Notes under the pieces: generated by a model
The model's input: the letters and a program-made list of their open reading frames with translations, nothing else
Told to the model about the DNA's origin: nothing
The model's database searches: none
Part shown: positions 37,501-44,078 of the stretch, in pieces
Layout of the letters: each line of letters begins with the position of its first letter
Position numbering within the stretch: position 1 is the first letter of the stretch
Source of the DNA: Eubacteriales bacterium
GTDB taxonomy: Bacteria; Bacillota; Clostridia; Oscillospirales; JAAYXM01
Assembly (NCBI GenBank): GCA_045614365.1
Contig: JAZLCV010000207.1
Span: forward strand, 1 to 56,089
DNA: 56,089 bases
Direction: 5' to 3'
Position numbers and translations under genes: made by a program

Positions 37501-39812
37501 GCATAGGTCACCGTATATCTGTCGGCATTTTCAAGATCCGCCTCATTTCCGCTTTCATGCCATGCACGGACGGTAAGTGCCGTTGAGAAATCAACCTCAA
37601 CGTTGTCTGCACCGATAATCGCTGCATATTCAAACGGAGTATCATCCGCAACGGCAATATGCAGCGTTCCCTTTATCTGCACACCGTCTGCCTCAACCCA
37701 CACAGCAATATCTGCATTTCCCGGCCCACGGGCGGTAATGATACCGTCCTGCGAAACTGTTGCAACAGCGACATCCGAGCTTTCATACCAGTAAACAGAG
37801 CTTTCGCCGGTATACTCCTCTCCGTCATTGCAGAAAAGCTTATATTCTGTAATTTTTGCGGTTTCACCACGGGTAAGCTCCGTTTTATCTGCAGTCACCT
37901 CAGCGCGGTTAATAACAGGTTTTACATCACCAAACGATACAGAAACTGGTGCATCACGGGTTTCCCCGCCTATCGTTACGGTTGCAGTAATCTCTGCATC
38001 TCCGTTTGAAACAACAGTGATAACACCGTTGTTATCAACGGTAGCAATACCATCATCAGAAGATGTATATTTTATCTCACCGTCACCGAGTGCCGCGCCG
38101 ATAGTTATCGGATTCCCTGTGTTTGAATAAAGAGATAGCACGGTTTTGACTGTATCGCCGCACTGCAGGTCTTTTGTTTCCCCGGAAAGAGAAAGCTCTG
38201 CACGGTCAAATGCGACCTCATGTACCGAGAGGTGTGCCACCGATATGTCTGCTCCCTTGCATTCCGTTGCAATAAAATTAAGGCGCGGCTCAATACCGTA
38301 ATGAGTGTTATAGCCGTAATTTAAGTAAAGCGACGGGGTAGTAAACTTCGTCCACGGCTGATCTCCGCTCTTCTCTGCCCACAGCTGGGTTGCCATATTC
38401 TTCAACGACACAGCACTTGATGAGAGTTCGTTGTAATAATACATACGTATATCAGCAACCGGAAGGGTATTCGTGTTTTCGCTCTTTATATATCCGGTCA
38501 TTTCATAGAGCTTACCCGCACCTCCGACGAGGAGTGTTCTCTGGTCACTTGCTTTCGTTGAATAAGCTACATTTCCCTGAAGACGAATACGGTTCAGGTC
38601 CCCGGTCGGCTTCATAGAGAATTTCGGAATGTTGGTCGTCTCCCCTGTTATTTCCGAAACAATACCCTTCAAAAGCTCATAATCATATACATATGTACTT
38701 GTATTTTTCGACGATTTCCAGAAAGTGTCTTTCTTGCCAACCGAATTTGAACTATCGCCCAGATATACATCGCGTTCAAATTCACCGTGGTTATACGTTG
38801 TCACCAAAAGATTTTTGCCGATTATATTTACCTCGCATTTTGCGGAAATGCTGTCATTCCCCAAAGTTGCCGTTGCGGTAACCGTTGTTCTGCCGGGGGC
38901 AAGCGGCGTGAACACTCCGTTTTTCTGCGAAAGGATTTTTTCATTTTCAATCTTATAAGCAAGCTTTATTCCGGAACTCAGCTCTTTTCCGTCTCCGTCC
39001 GTAATGGTAAGCGGATATTGCTTCCCTGCAGTCAGAAGGTCTTCAGCAAAGGATGCCTCTATGCTTTCGGGAAGACGTACAACCTCATCCTCACTTACCT
39101 CCTGCCCCACCGGAACTATCCTTATTCCGGAAAGATACATTTCCTGGCGGTACCAGTAATAAGCAGAACTAGCTTCAGTCTCCATAACCGTTCCGTAAAC
39201 CGGATCATCCGGATTTTCATTTCTCCCTTTGTTGTTCAAGGCTAAGGAAGTTGGGTCTGCCACAAAGAGGATATAATAATCTCCCTTTTCAAGAGTTATT
39301 GTTTGTTTTGTTCCGTCTGCGCTTCCGTCAGCCGTAACCGGTGCATATTCACCCTTCGGTGCCTTGGAAAAGTTGAAATATCCAAGCGTTGTTTTCTCTC
39401 CTGTCAATTGATTAGGAGCTACGGCACCGGAAACTTTTTTATCATATTTTCCCATAGCAACCAACGGTGCAACGGATGTTTCCGTCGGATTATCGGTTTT
39501 AAAATAAAGATTATATTCCCCCGGCACATTTACGGTAACCTTTATTGCACCGTGTTGTGTATTCCCGTTATTGGAATCCACACCGCCACCGCCGCTGCCG
39601 TAACGTCGCACCTGGATACTTGTCCATGAAAGCACTGCGCTTGTGTATTCATATATACCTTTGCTGGAAACAGTGGAAGTATATGCGTAAAAATCAGACA
39701 GCGCAAGCTTCTGCTCCTCACCTGCCGCAAATGCCGGCATCACGGGAAGCAGGGATATTATCAGCGCGATGCTCAGAAGCAGTGATAAAATCCTGTTCAG
39801 TTTAGTTTTCAT
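31596..39812 (-). CDS. Giant (2738 aa) secreted, SLH-anchored multi-module protein with a heparinase II/III-type lyase core. Paralog of 5329-14241.
   Basis: - The start was set at MKTKLNRILSLLLSIALIISLLPVMPAFAAGE (signal peptide; the ORF extends upstream to 39893).
- CBM4/9-like segment.
- Big_2-like repeats (YTSSDDGIATVDNNGVITVVSNGDAEITA).
- Lyase core with HKHQDALNLGL..DLGY..ISHNTVLVN.
- He_PIG-like domain.
- G/T/P-rich linker.
- Three SLH repeats. Confidence 0.9.
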   Translation of the reverse strand: MKTKLNRILSLLLSIALIISLLPVMPAFAAGEEQKLALSDFYAYTSTVSSKGIYEYTSAVLSWTSIQVRRYGSGGGGVDSNNGNTQHGAIKVTVNVPGEYNLYFKTDNPTETSVAPLVAMGKYDKKVSGAVAPNQLTGEKTTLGYFNFSKAPKGEYAPVTADGSADGTKQTITLEKGDYYILFVADPTSLALNNKGRNENPDDPVYGTVMETEASSAYYWYRQEMYLSGIRIVPVGQEVSEDEVVRLPESIEASFAEDLLTAGKQYPLTITDGDGKELSSGIKLAYKIENEKILSQKNGVFTPLAPGRTTVTATATLGNDSISAKCEVNIIGKNLLVTTYNHGEFERDVYLGDSSNSVGKKDTFWKSSKNTSTYVYDYELLKGIVSEITGETTNIPKFSMKPTGDLNRIRLQGNVAYSTKASDQRTLLVGGAGKLYEMTGYIKSENTNTLPVADIRMYYYNELSSSAVSLKNMATQLWAEKSGDQPWTKFTTPSLYLNYGYNTHYGIEPRLNFIATECKGADISVAHLSVHEVAFDRAELSLSGETKDLQCGDTVKTVLSLYSNTGNPITIGAALGDGEIKYTSSDDGIATVDNNGVITVVSNGDAEITATVTIGGETRDAPVSVSFGDVKPVINRAEVTADKTELTRGETAKITEYKLFCNDGEEYTGESSVYWYESSDVAVATVSQDGIITARGPGNADIAVWVEADGVQIKGTLHIAVADDTPFEYAAIIGADNVEVDFSTALTVRAWHESGNEADLENADRYTVTYALANPEDEQYLVLDPDTGVITGISACESVNVVATVTCGEYSKKSEPFSVKVTPKSPKSKLIDFRKPGSGFASNVTIEQYGWEINTDKTANMCITPNNPDLRCYAQGVQIKTETIGNTRNADLAIDIQVDYDGWYELDFLGTQYYRGANRTNLYMDGKFLGDFCFWTDMSTNRNYNALKSLNTIYLTEGVHTFTMRAMETDSTGSYSYMIPAYLQLSYVEGEGGVEKIELSAEKASLAAGESTSLTPGVVMAGGRSYVFGAKHGDKETVKDAENNLTLESSDDSIVKISGEKLVAVAPGTATITATANVKGAAAVSKSIEITVNEQTLDRIEFTEPQYDIFVSGSVSPVVKAYLTNGSEIKAEDISVEFEVADTEIAVSTEEKITGVKAASTTVRARVTFGGATYYSDYIPLNVLSEGFASLELTSATQVLKKSSEGIKLSVCAYDNNGAALTVPDGALSYVSSDESVVTVDEKGFVTPVDTGVAEIEATVTIDGVSRSESIIISVRDGKTDQTYYTEKKVNAARENIKLYDWAEDTAEAAIEEADKYLPHYDFIYNMITAHTLPRAYDLVETDDPLIWRCFYCGVDINYKYGKYGWKIDAIARPWKIQCPDCKRLFPSNDFGEYYKRGLDEHGEFDYTLAREANGILCGRGERNEKGEYVVFDWAKDNPYGYGDPKGNLYNETYSELHAADAVDPFYKDKITQGWGDFKTGGDSGVPTTGYFWGVDDGFGYDTGRYNTSSEDTEIRNVHRYVAIFNHDGVWYGSGSIKALVRSSLNAFRDAYLYTGDKKYGIAGAIILDRVADLYPDMDYGTDCPKLQSSHDGGGNGKVVGRIWENTMNSTLTISYDAFFDVYDDPEVVGYLSGKAEQWNLDNKKTNGELIRQNAEENLLFETYTAIKNGQIAGNFGMKQQSLALAAVILDREPDTSEMIEFIMQPGVTSQTKCTGGGMRPALFNKIDRDGYADESSMGYMKLWVSTFSVYMEAIENWDGLRDEDNLYKNPKFIKMLYMGIDQYLAGVRSANIGDNSSTFAGVSFPNYTTSWLEGLRLTGDPVFAQLLWHTNGQSADGIHYGIFVEDPESPQEQIKQLVEQYDEYNFSESSITTGYGFAALRDGVMYDKVTTPTQTNTMRDWWMYFGGAATTHKHQDALNLGLDAFGLNMAPDLGYFSSSGGTGTTQGANWTESTISHNTVLVNDTPQVRIQQAGYPYHFEDAGSIKIMDVDAPQAYPGVTETYRRTVVSIDVDDTVSYALDFFRIVGGDEHVYSFHSQSEESVVTGVDMIAQPQGSYAGVDVPFGEETKYTATNGFNWLANVKRAVAPQTGEFSIDFKITDYRKVLKGKRNLHLKLTQLNDFNISEVATADGQPVQHDVNPEFTDYLLVRRSGKDLDTLFTSVIEPYEDESKIRSLTRVPVTYADGSELGRNETVTSIKVELTNGRVDYVVYAANNETAYRIDNLFDFEGFVGVYSVNATDNTDVVRTYLHDGKTLGAAIQNKDSAVTGEIVSFTDTLSLENFMEVTYNEEIAPEELVGRMIVIENDGSQNGAYMIKSAEKEGDHLRIGTGDVSYFRSLTADGNDYVMNIAKGDTYRIPLTYVTDNAPEIDVSGTFTTSAGSSIKIPLNVTSDREYTLIGTSLPRGMSLNAETGVLTWKPDASQVGENHVAVTVDNGVLSDTVHFIVTVYGNTTGGSTSDKTETSGADNTGTTGTPPASGGSGGGGGAAPTDKPDGTANPGETDTSGESGENTDNTGTENNSLRFTDLDDHAWAADEINALAADGIIKGTTASTFSPASNITRADFALLLVRAFKLESENTENFVDVSANDYFATELAIARNTGIINGIGDNKFAPRNTITRQDMMVIVYRALEAYLTLKGSEAERNVGAAMNDSPVDYQNRDVTEPGEMGPSNDGGGISPSLYPDFANVADYAKTAVSALVGAGLVNGKNGRIAPTDYTTRAEVAVLLKRILDYVK

Positions 39813-39956
39813 ACATTGGTCTCCTTTCAATTTTGCCCGCCGGCCGGGGGCTGTTTTTCTCTGTAGGGTTCGGCGCTTGCCGACGAACTGCATATATTCC
39901 CTCTTGTCTATTATAGCGGAGAGACTTAACTCTCCGCTATAGGTAAATTATTCCGC

Positions 39957-41909
39957 TTATTTCGTGTATGAGCCGTCGGTGTATTCTGTATATGTTCCGT
40001 CGGAATTTTTAATAACGGCATATCCCTTTGCACTTGTTGCATCTCCAAGCTCGACAGTAAACTGGGATTTCTTGCTTGTCATTGCAATTTTGGTCGTACC
40101 AAGAATTATTCCCTTTTCTACTGCATCGTCAAAGCCGATAAACTCTGCCATTACATTATTGTTGCTTCCGAAAACGTCGATTATGATCTTGCGCGCAACC
40201 GATGTAATCGGAGTGTGTTCTTTGTAAATAGCCTTTACTGTGCAATTTTCCCATGCGGAGAAGCGGTATTCTTCAGAATCTATGCTTACAATCTCTCCGT
40301 CCTTCTCCCACGCATAGAAGGTTCCTGTTCCGTTCGGCGTGCAGGTAACAATGTCCCCGTAAGCATATTTCGTCTTATCGGTTGTGCAGCCATCGGTTGT
40401 GATTGTGATGTCTGTCGACGGATCATCATACTTTGCAATAAGCATCATTGTTTCATTGACCGTTATCGGTACATTGCCGGCGTATGTTGTTCCGTCTTCT
40501 GCCACCCAGCAGCTTGCAGCGCCGTAGCCTGCCATCGAAGGAAGCTCGGGTGTTGTTCCGGTTGCCGTTTCTACCTTTCCGTAAAGCAAGCCGTTTGCAT
40601 TGTAAAACTCTGCCTTAGGAGATGTTGCGCCGTTCTTTTCATAAACTGCGATAAGGTAGTTTACAACATTTCCGGTCGGTGTGTAGATAAAGCTTTCTTC
40701 ACGAGAAACAACTCTTTTTGCTCCGCCATCAAGACCTTTTGCCCAGTAAAGGAATGTGTTATCTTTGTTCGCTGTTGATGTGCTCATCCGATATGTGCCG
40801 TCACTAAGCTGTGTTGCAGTTGCGGTTACGCCATCCGCAACCTCTGCGCCGTCAACATACGGAAGAGCCGTTACTTTGTCTGTGTATACAACTGCCTCCA
40901 CTGTTTCTGTATCATCCGGTGAAAATGCGTCAGTGAGACCCGGATCTTCTGCGGGAGCAGGAGCATTTACTGTAACAGTCGTTGTGTATGTTTTATTTCC
41001 GACTGTTGCAACGACAGTTGCAGGACCTGGATTTTTAGCTGTTATTACACCGGATTCGGGATCAATATCGATAAAATCCTTACCGCCTTCTTCAACGGAA
41101 TATGTTACAAAACTGCCCAAAACATCTGTGCCTTCGACCTTAATGGATGCTGTTGTTGTCACGCCTATCTCAATTGAAGGCTCTGCAACCGAAAAAACAG
41201 CATTGTCGGGACCGGCGACCTTTGTAAGCTTTAAGTTATATATATAAGCTTCGGTTATTCCAGCACTAATAAACGATTGCGTTCTTGTATAGATTCCAAA
41301 AATAATCGGAGTCGTGCCGTCTGTGTAAATCACTTTGCTATTATATGCAGAAAAATCCGTAGAAGCATTTTTACTGTTTCCGATCTGATGTTCTGTAGTT
41401 ATATAGTCTTCGATTGTTTTTTTATCGCTGAGCTTTGGTCCGGCAAATAAGATAGGTCCGGCAGTTCCTTTTGAAGAAAGCACATAATAACCGGCTTCAC
41501 TCGGTGCTTCAAGTTCTACACCGATTTTCGTTTCAGCAGGCATCGAGTCCTTATAAGCTTTATTTCTCAATCTAAGACCGTCATTCGTAACAGATACTAA
41601 GTTAGCGTCTCCTTGCTCAAGCCAGGACCAAACAGTAGCATCTACATCAAAATACTTCCAGCCATGATGGTATGTGCCGGTGTCGTCCGTACAACCGTAA
41701 GCCTTAATTCGCGCAAAACCATACTGGTGGTGTCCCTCAAGGGTTTCGTCCATAACCTCCGAACTCCAAATATGAACCCCGTTCTTCCCCGTGGCGGCTC
41801 GTCCAAAAACATATTCTTTTTCCACCGTTGCGGAAGCGCTTACAGTAATACCGGCAAACATTGATAAGCATATCGTCATTGCCAAAATAACCGAAATAAT
41901 CTTTTTCAT
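39957..41909 (-). CDS. Secreted accessory protein (650 aa). Paralog of 14397-16286.
   Basis: GGGAGGA RBS and signal peptide MKKIISVILAMTICLSMFAGITVSASA. It has a Big_2-like segment (YSVEEGGKDFIDIDPESGVITAKNPGPATVVA) and B-repeat-like segments (FLYWAKG, FYAWEKDG). No anchor. Confidence 0.8.
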   Translation of the reverse strand: MKKIISVILAMTICLSMFAGITVSASATVEKEYVFGRAATGKNGVHIWSSEVMDETLEGHHQYGFARIKAYGCTDDTGTYHHGWKYFDVDATVWSWLEQGDANLVSVTNDGLRLRNKAYKDSMPAETKIGVELEAPSEAGYYVLSSKGTAGPILFAGPKLSDKKTIEDYITTEHQIGNSKNASTDFSAYNSKVIYTDGTTPIIFGIYTRTQSFISAGITEAYIYNLKLTKVAGPDNAVFSVAEPSIEIGVTTTASIKVEGTDVLGSFVTYSVEEGGKDFIDIDPESGVITAKNPGPATVVATVGNKTYTTTVTVNAPAPAEDPGLTDAFSPDDTETVEAVVYTDKVTALPYVDGAEVADGVTATATQLSDGTYRMSTSTANKDNTFLYWAKGLDGGAKRVVSREESFIYTPTGNVVNYLIAVYEKNGATSPKAEFYNANGLLYGKVETATGTTPELPSMAGYGAASCWVAEDGTTYAGNVPITVNETMMLIAKYDDPSTDITITTDGCTTDKTKYAYGDIVTCTPNGTGTFYAWEKDGEIVSIDSEEYRFSAWENCTVKAIYKEHTPITSVARKIIIDVFGSNNNVMAEFIGFDDAVEKGIILGTTKIAMTSKKSQFTVELGDATSAKGYAVIKNSDGTYTEYTDGSYTK

Positions 41910-41947
41910 TTTGTTTTTCCTCCCTTATTTTGCTTGCTAAAGCTTTT

Positions 41948-41989
41948 TTGTATAACGTATGCATACGTTATACAAGGGGATATCCCCTT
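41948..41989. promoter_or_regulatory. Two abutting perfect palindromes upstream of cassette 2 (28 nt and 16 nt).
   Basis: ttgtataacgtatgcatacgttatacaa (41948-41975) overlaps aaggggatatcccctt (41974-41989). They lie ~40-80 nt upstream of the 41909 start codon and downstream of the 42041 stop. Confidence 0.4.
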
Positions 41990-42040
41990 CGTTTTTCATA
42001 TATATTTTTTATATTAACCGACTTTCGCCGGATTGTTTTT

Positions 42041-42847
42041 TTACTTTAACTTACTTGGTTGCCTGCCCGAAAAAATCTCCTGCGCATTGTTGTGAAAATC
42101 GCGGAGGGTAATCGGTCGGCTTGCATATTCTTTCGGTCCTGCAGACAGCTCATATATCCACGCGCCGTTATAACCTATTTCGCAAATCTTTTTATAAAGC
42201 GCAACCCAATCAATCTTTCCGTATCCCGCAAGCCAATGGCGTTCAGCAACGAAATCATAATCGTTAATATGCATTGTTATAAGCTTATCGCGAACCTTTT
42301 CTGCAAAATCATCGTGACTGTCAAAAAACAGATGATTTGTGTCAAAGCAAATGCGCAGCTTGTCGTTTGCGGAAACAAGCTCTAAAAGCTCATCTGCGCT
42401 GTTGCCGAGACATATCGGAATCATATTTTCAACCGCAATCCGCGCGCCCCGTTCATATGCAAAATCCGCAAGACCGAAAAGCGCTTCCATTGCATATTTT
42501 TTTGATTCCTCACGGCTTTTTCCTTCAATCGGACCGCCCGGGTGAATTACGAATTTATCCACACCGATATCCGCTGCCCGCTCTATCAGCATGCAGTGAA
42601 AATCATAAGCCCATTTTCTTTCCTCTGCGCTTGCCTGAACGATTGCCCACTGATCCCGAAACGGAAGATGGCATGACCATAAACAGATACCGTAACGGTC
42701 GGCAAGCTCACGCACCTTACAAAAATCAAGCTTTTCAGGTTCTCTCATGCAGGAAATCTCTGTTGCCGTCATACCTCCTCTTTGCATTTCGGCAAAATCC
42801 GCTTCCGTAAGCTGATTATCGTAATACCTTATTCCTATTTTTCGCAT
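42041..42847 (-). CDS. Sugar-phosphate isomerase/epimerase, xylose-isomerase-like TIM barrel (268 aa).
   Basis: AAGGAG RBS. Motifs FVIHPGG, IAVENM, CFDTNH and HINDYD are typical of the AP-endonuclease-2/xylose-isomerase-like fold. Confidence 0.8.
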   Translation of the reverse strand: MRKIGIRYYDNQLTEADFAEMQRGGMTATEISCMREPEKLDFCKVRELADRYGICLWSCHLPFRDQWAIVQASAEERKWAYDFHCMLIERAADIGVDKFVIHPGGPIEGKSREESKKYAMEALFGLADFAYERGARIAVENMIPICLGNSADELLELVSANDKLRICFDTNHLFFDSHDDFAEKVRDKLITMHINDYDFVAERHWLAGYGKIDWVALYKKICEIGYNGAWIYELSAGPKEYASRPITLRDFHNNAQEIFSGRQPSKLK

Positions 42848-42984
42848 TTAAAAAATCTCCTTTGCGCAAAGCCGCACCAATCAACATGATAAATGCGTAT
42901 AAAAAACAATTTGAGCTTCTTTGCAAAATAATTATATATCAACTTCGCCTTACATAAAATGCACGAAACTTTTTTATTTGCACC

Positions 42985-42997
42985 TTTTGGTACAAAA
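42985..42997 (-). promoter_or_regulatory. Candidate operator shared with the GRE promoter region.
   Basis: ttttggtacaaaa, preceded by ttgca. Its reverse complement recurs at 43989-44001. Confidence 0.35.
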
Positions 42998-43058
42998 CAT
43001 ATATTATAAATCTCAAATGACAATATCTGCCAAATCCCAAAACACGCACCGTTATAAG

Positions 43059-43093
43059 AAAAAACACAGTCCGTACCGAAACTGTGTTTTTTT
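43059..43093. terminator. Bidirectional intrinsic terminator downstream of the AraC gene.
   Basis: aaaaaa-cacagt-ccgtaccgaa-actgtg-ttttttt. Confidence 0.6.
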
Positions 43094-43117
43094 ATAACTA
43101 ATATTACCAAGCTGTAT

Positions 43118-43921
43118 TTACTTTGATGATTTATACCGCTGTATGAAAACCGACGGGGATATTCCGATATATTCCTTAAACTGACGGCTGAAATAATATA
43201 CGTTATCGTATCTGCACATCTGTGCCACCTCGGATATCGTATACCGTTCGGAGCTTAAAAGGTCGCAGGCGTAATTTATTTTCATTTGAATAATATACTT
43301 CATCGGCGTCACACCGAATTTTTTGATGAAAAGCTTTTTTAAGTATGATTCGCTTATTCTGCACCTTTCCGACAGAAACGGCACGGATATTTTTTCATTA
43401 AGAAAATTTTTCTCAATATATATGATTGCAGGTTTTATTAAATCATACTGGCTTTGCCCTATGTAGTTTGTTTTCTGCATCTCGGCAAAAATTTTGTAAA
43501 GCAGGGATATGCATTCAAAATAATATCCGTCATCCTTTGAAACCCACGCGGCAAAAAGCTTTTTGAACAAATTCCCGATACGCTCTGCATTGTTGCATTT
43601 TACTACAAACGCTTCGTCTGCAACGGGCAAATCAGTATCGAAAAATATATCTATACATTCAGCTCCTGCATCGTCTTTCTTATTTTCAACAATATACTGA
43701 CGGTTTTCCCCTTTCGGGAGAAAACGGATGGTGTTCTCCTCTACATTCATAACCTTGCCGTTAAAATAAACTGTGTTCCTGCCGGCTAAATTGTATATAA
43801 GCTCATTGTGTGTAAGCTGACTCTTAAAAACCACTCTTTCCTGAGGATATTCATTTTTGCCTACAAAAACAGCTCTTTCAATCGCCGTTATTCGGAAATC
43901 GCCGTTAAAATAATCATTCAT
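43118..43921 (-). CDS. AraC-family transcriptional regulator (267 aa).
   Basis: The start was set at MNDYFNGDFRI (the ORF extends upstream to 44026). C-terminal double HTH (YTISEVAQMCRYDNVYYFSRQFKEYIGISP). It is divergent from the GRE operon. Confidence 0.9.
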   Translation of the reverse strand: MNDYFNGDFRITAIERAVFVGKNEYPQERVVFKSQLTHNELIYNLAGRNTVYFNGKVMNVEENTIRFLPKGENRQYIVENKKDDAGAECIDIFFDTDLPVADEAFVVKCNNAERIGNLFKKLFAAWVSKDDGYYFECISLLYKIFAEMQKTNYIGQSQYDLIKPAIIYIEKNFLNEKISVPFLSERCRISESYLKKLFIKKFGVTPMKYIIQMKINYACDLLSSERYTISEVAQMCRYDNVYYFSRQFKEYIGISPSVFIQRYKSSK

Positions 43922-43988
43922 ATACAACACCGCCTCAGCTATTATAATACATAAAAATCTTCGCTGTGTCAACACACCAAAACTACTT

Positions 43989-44001
43989 TTTTGTACCAAA
44001 A
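43989..44001 (+). promoter_or_regulatory. Candidate operator shared with the TIM-barrel gene promoter region.
   Basis: ttttgtaccaaaa followed by ta-tgcaa, 78 nt upstream of the GRE start. It has the same orientation relative to its downstream gene as the 42985 copy. Confidence 0.35.
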
Positions 44002-44078
44002 TATGCAAGCATTGTCTTTTGTGCATTTACTTCTTCTGTTATTTAAATGTATAATCGCAACGAAAGGTGGAAGACACA

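Noticed and set aside
42835-43110. A 91-aa minus-strand ORF between the AraC and TIM-barrel genes.
   Set aside because: It spans the bidirectional terminator and the promoter/operator region. It has no RBS and a low-complexity hydrophobic translation.
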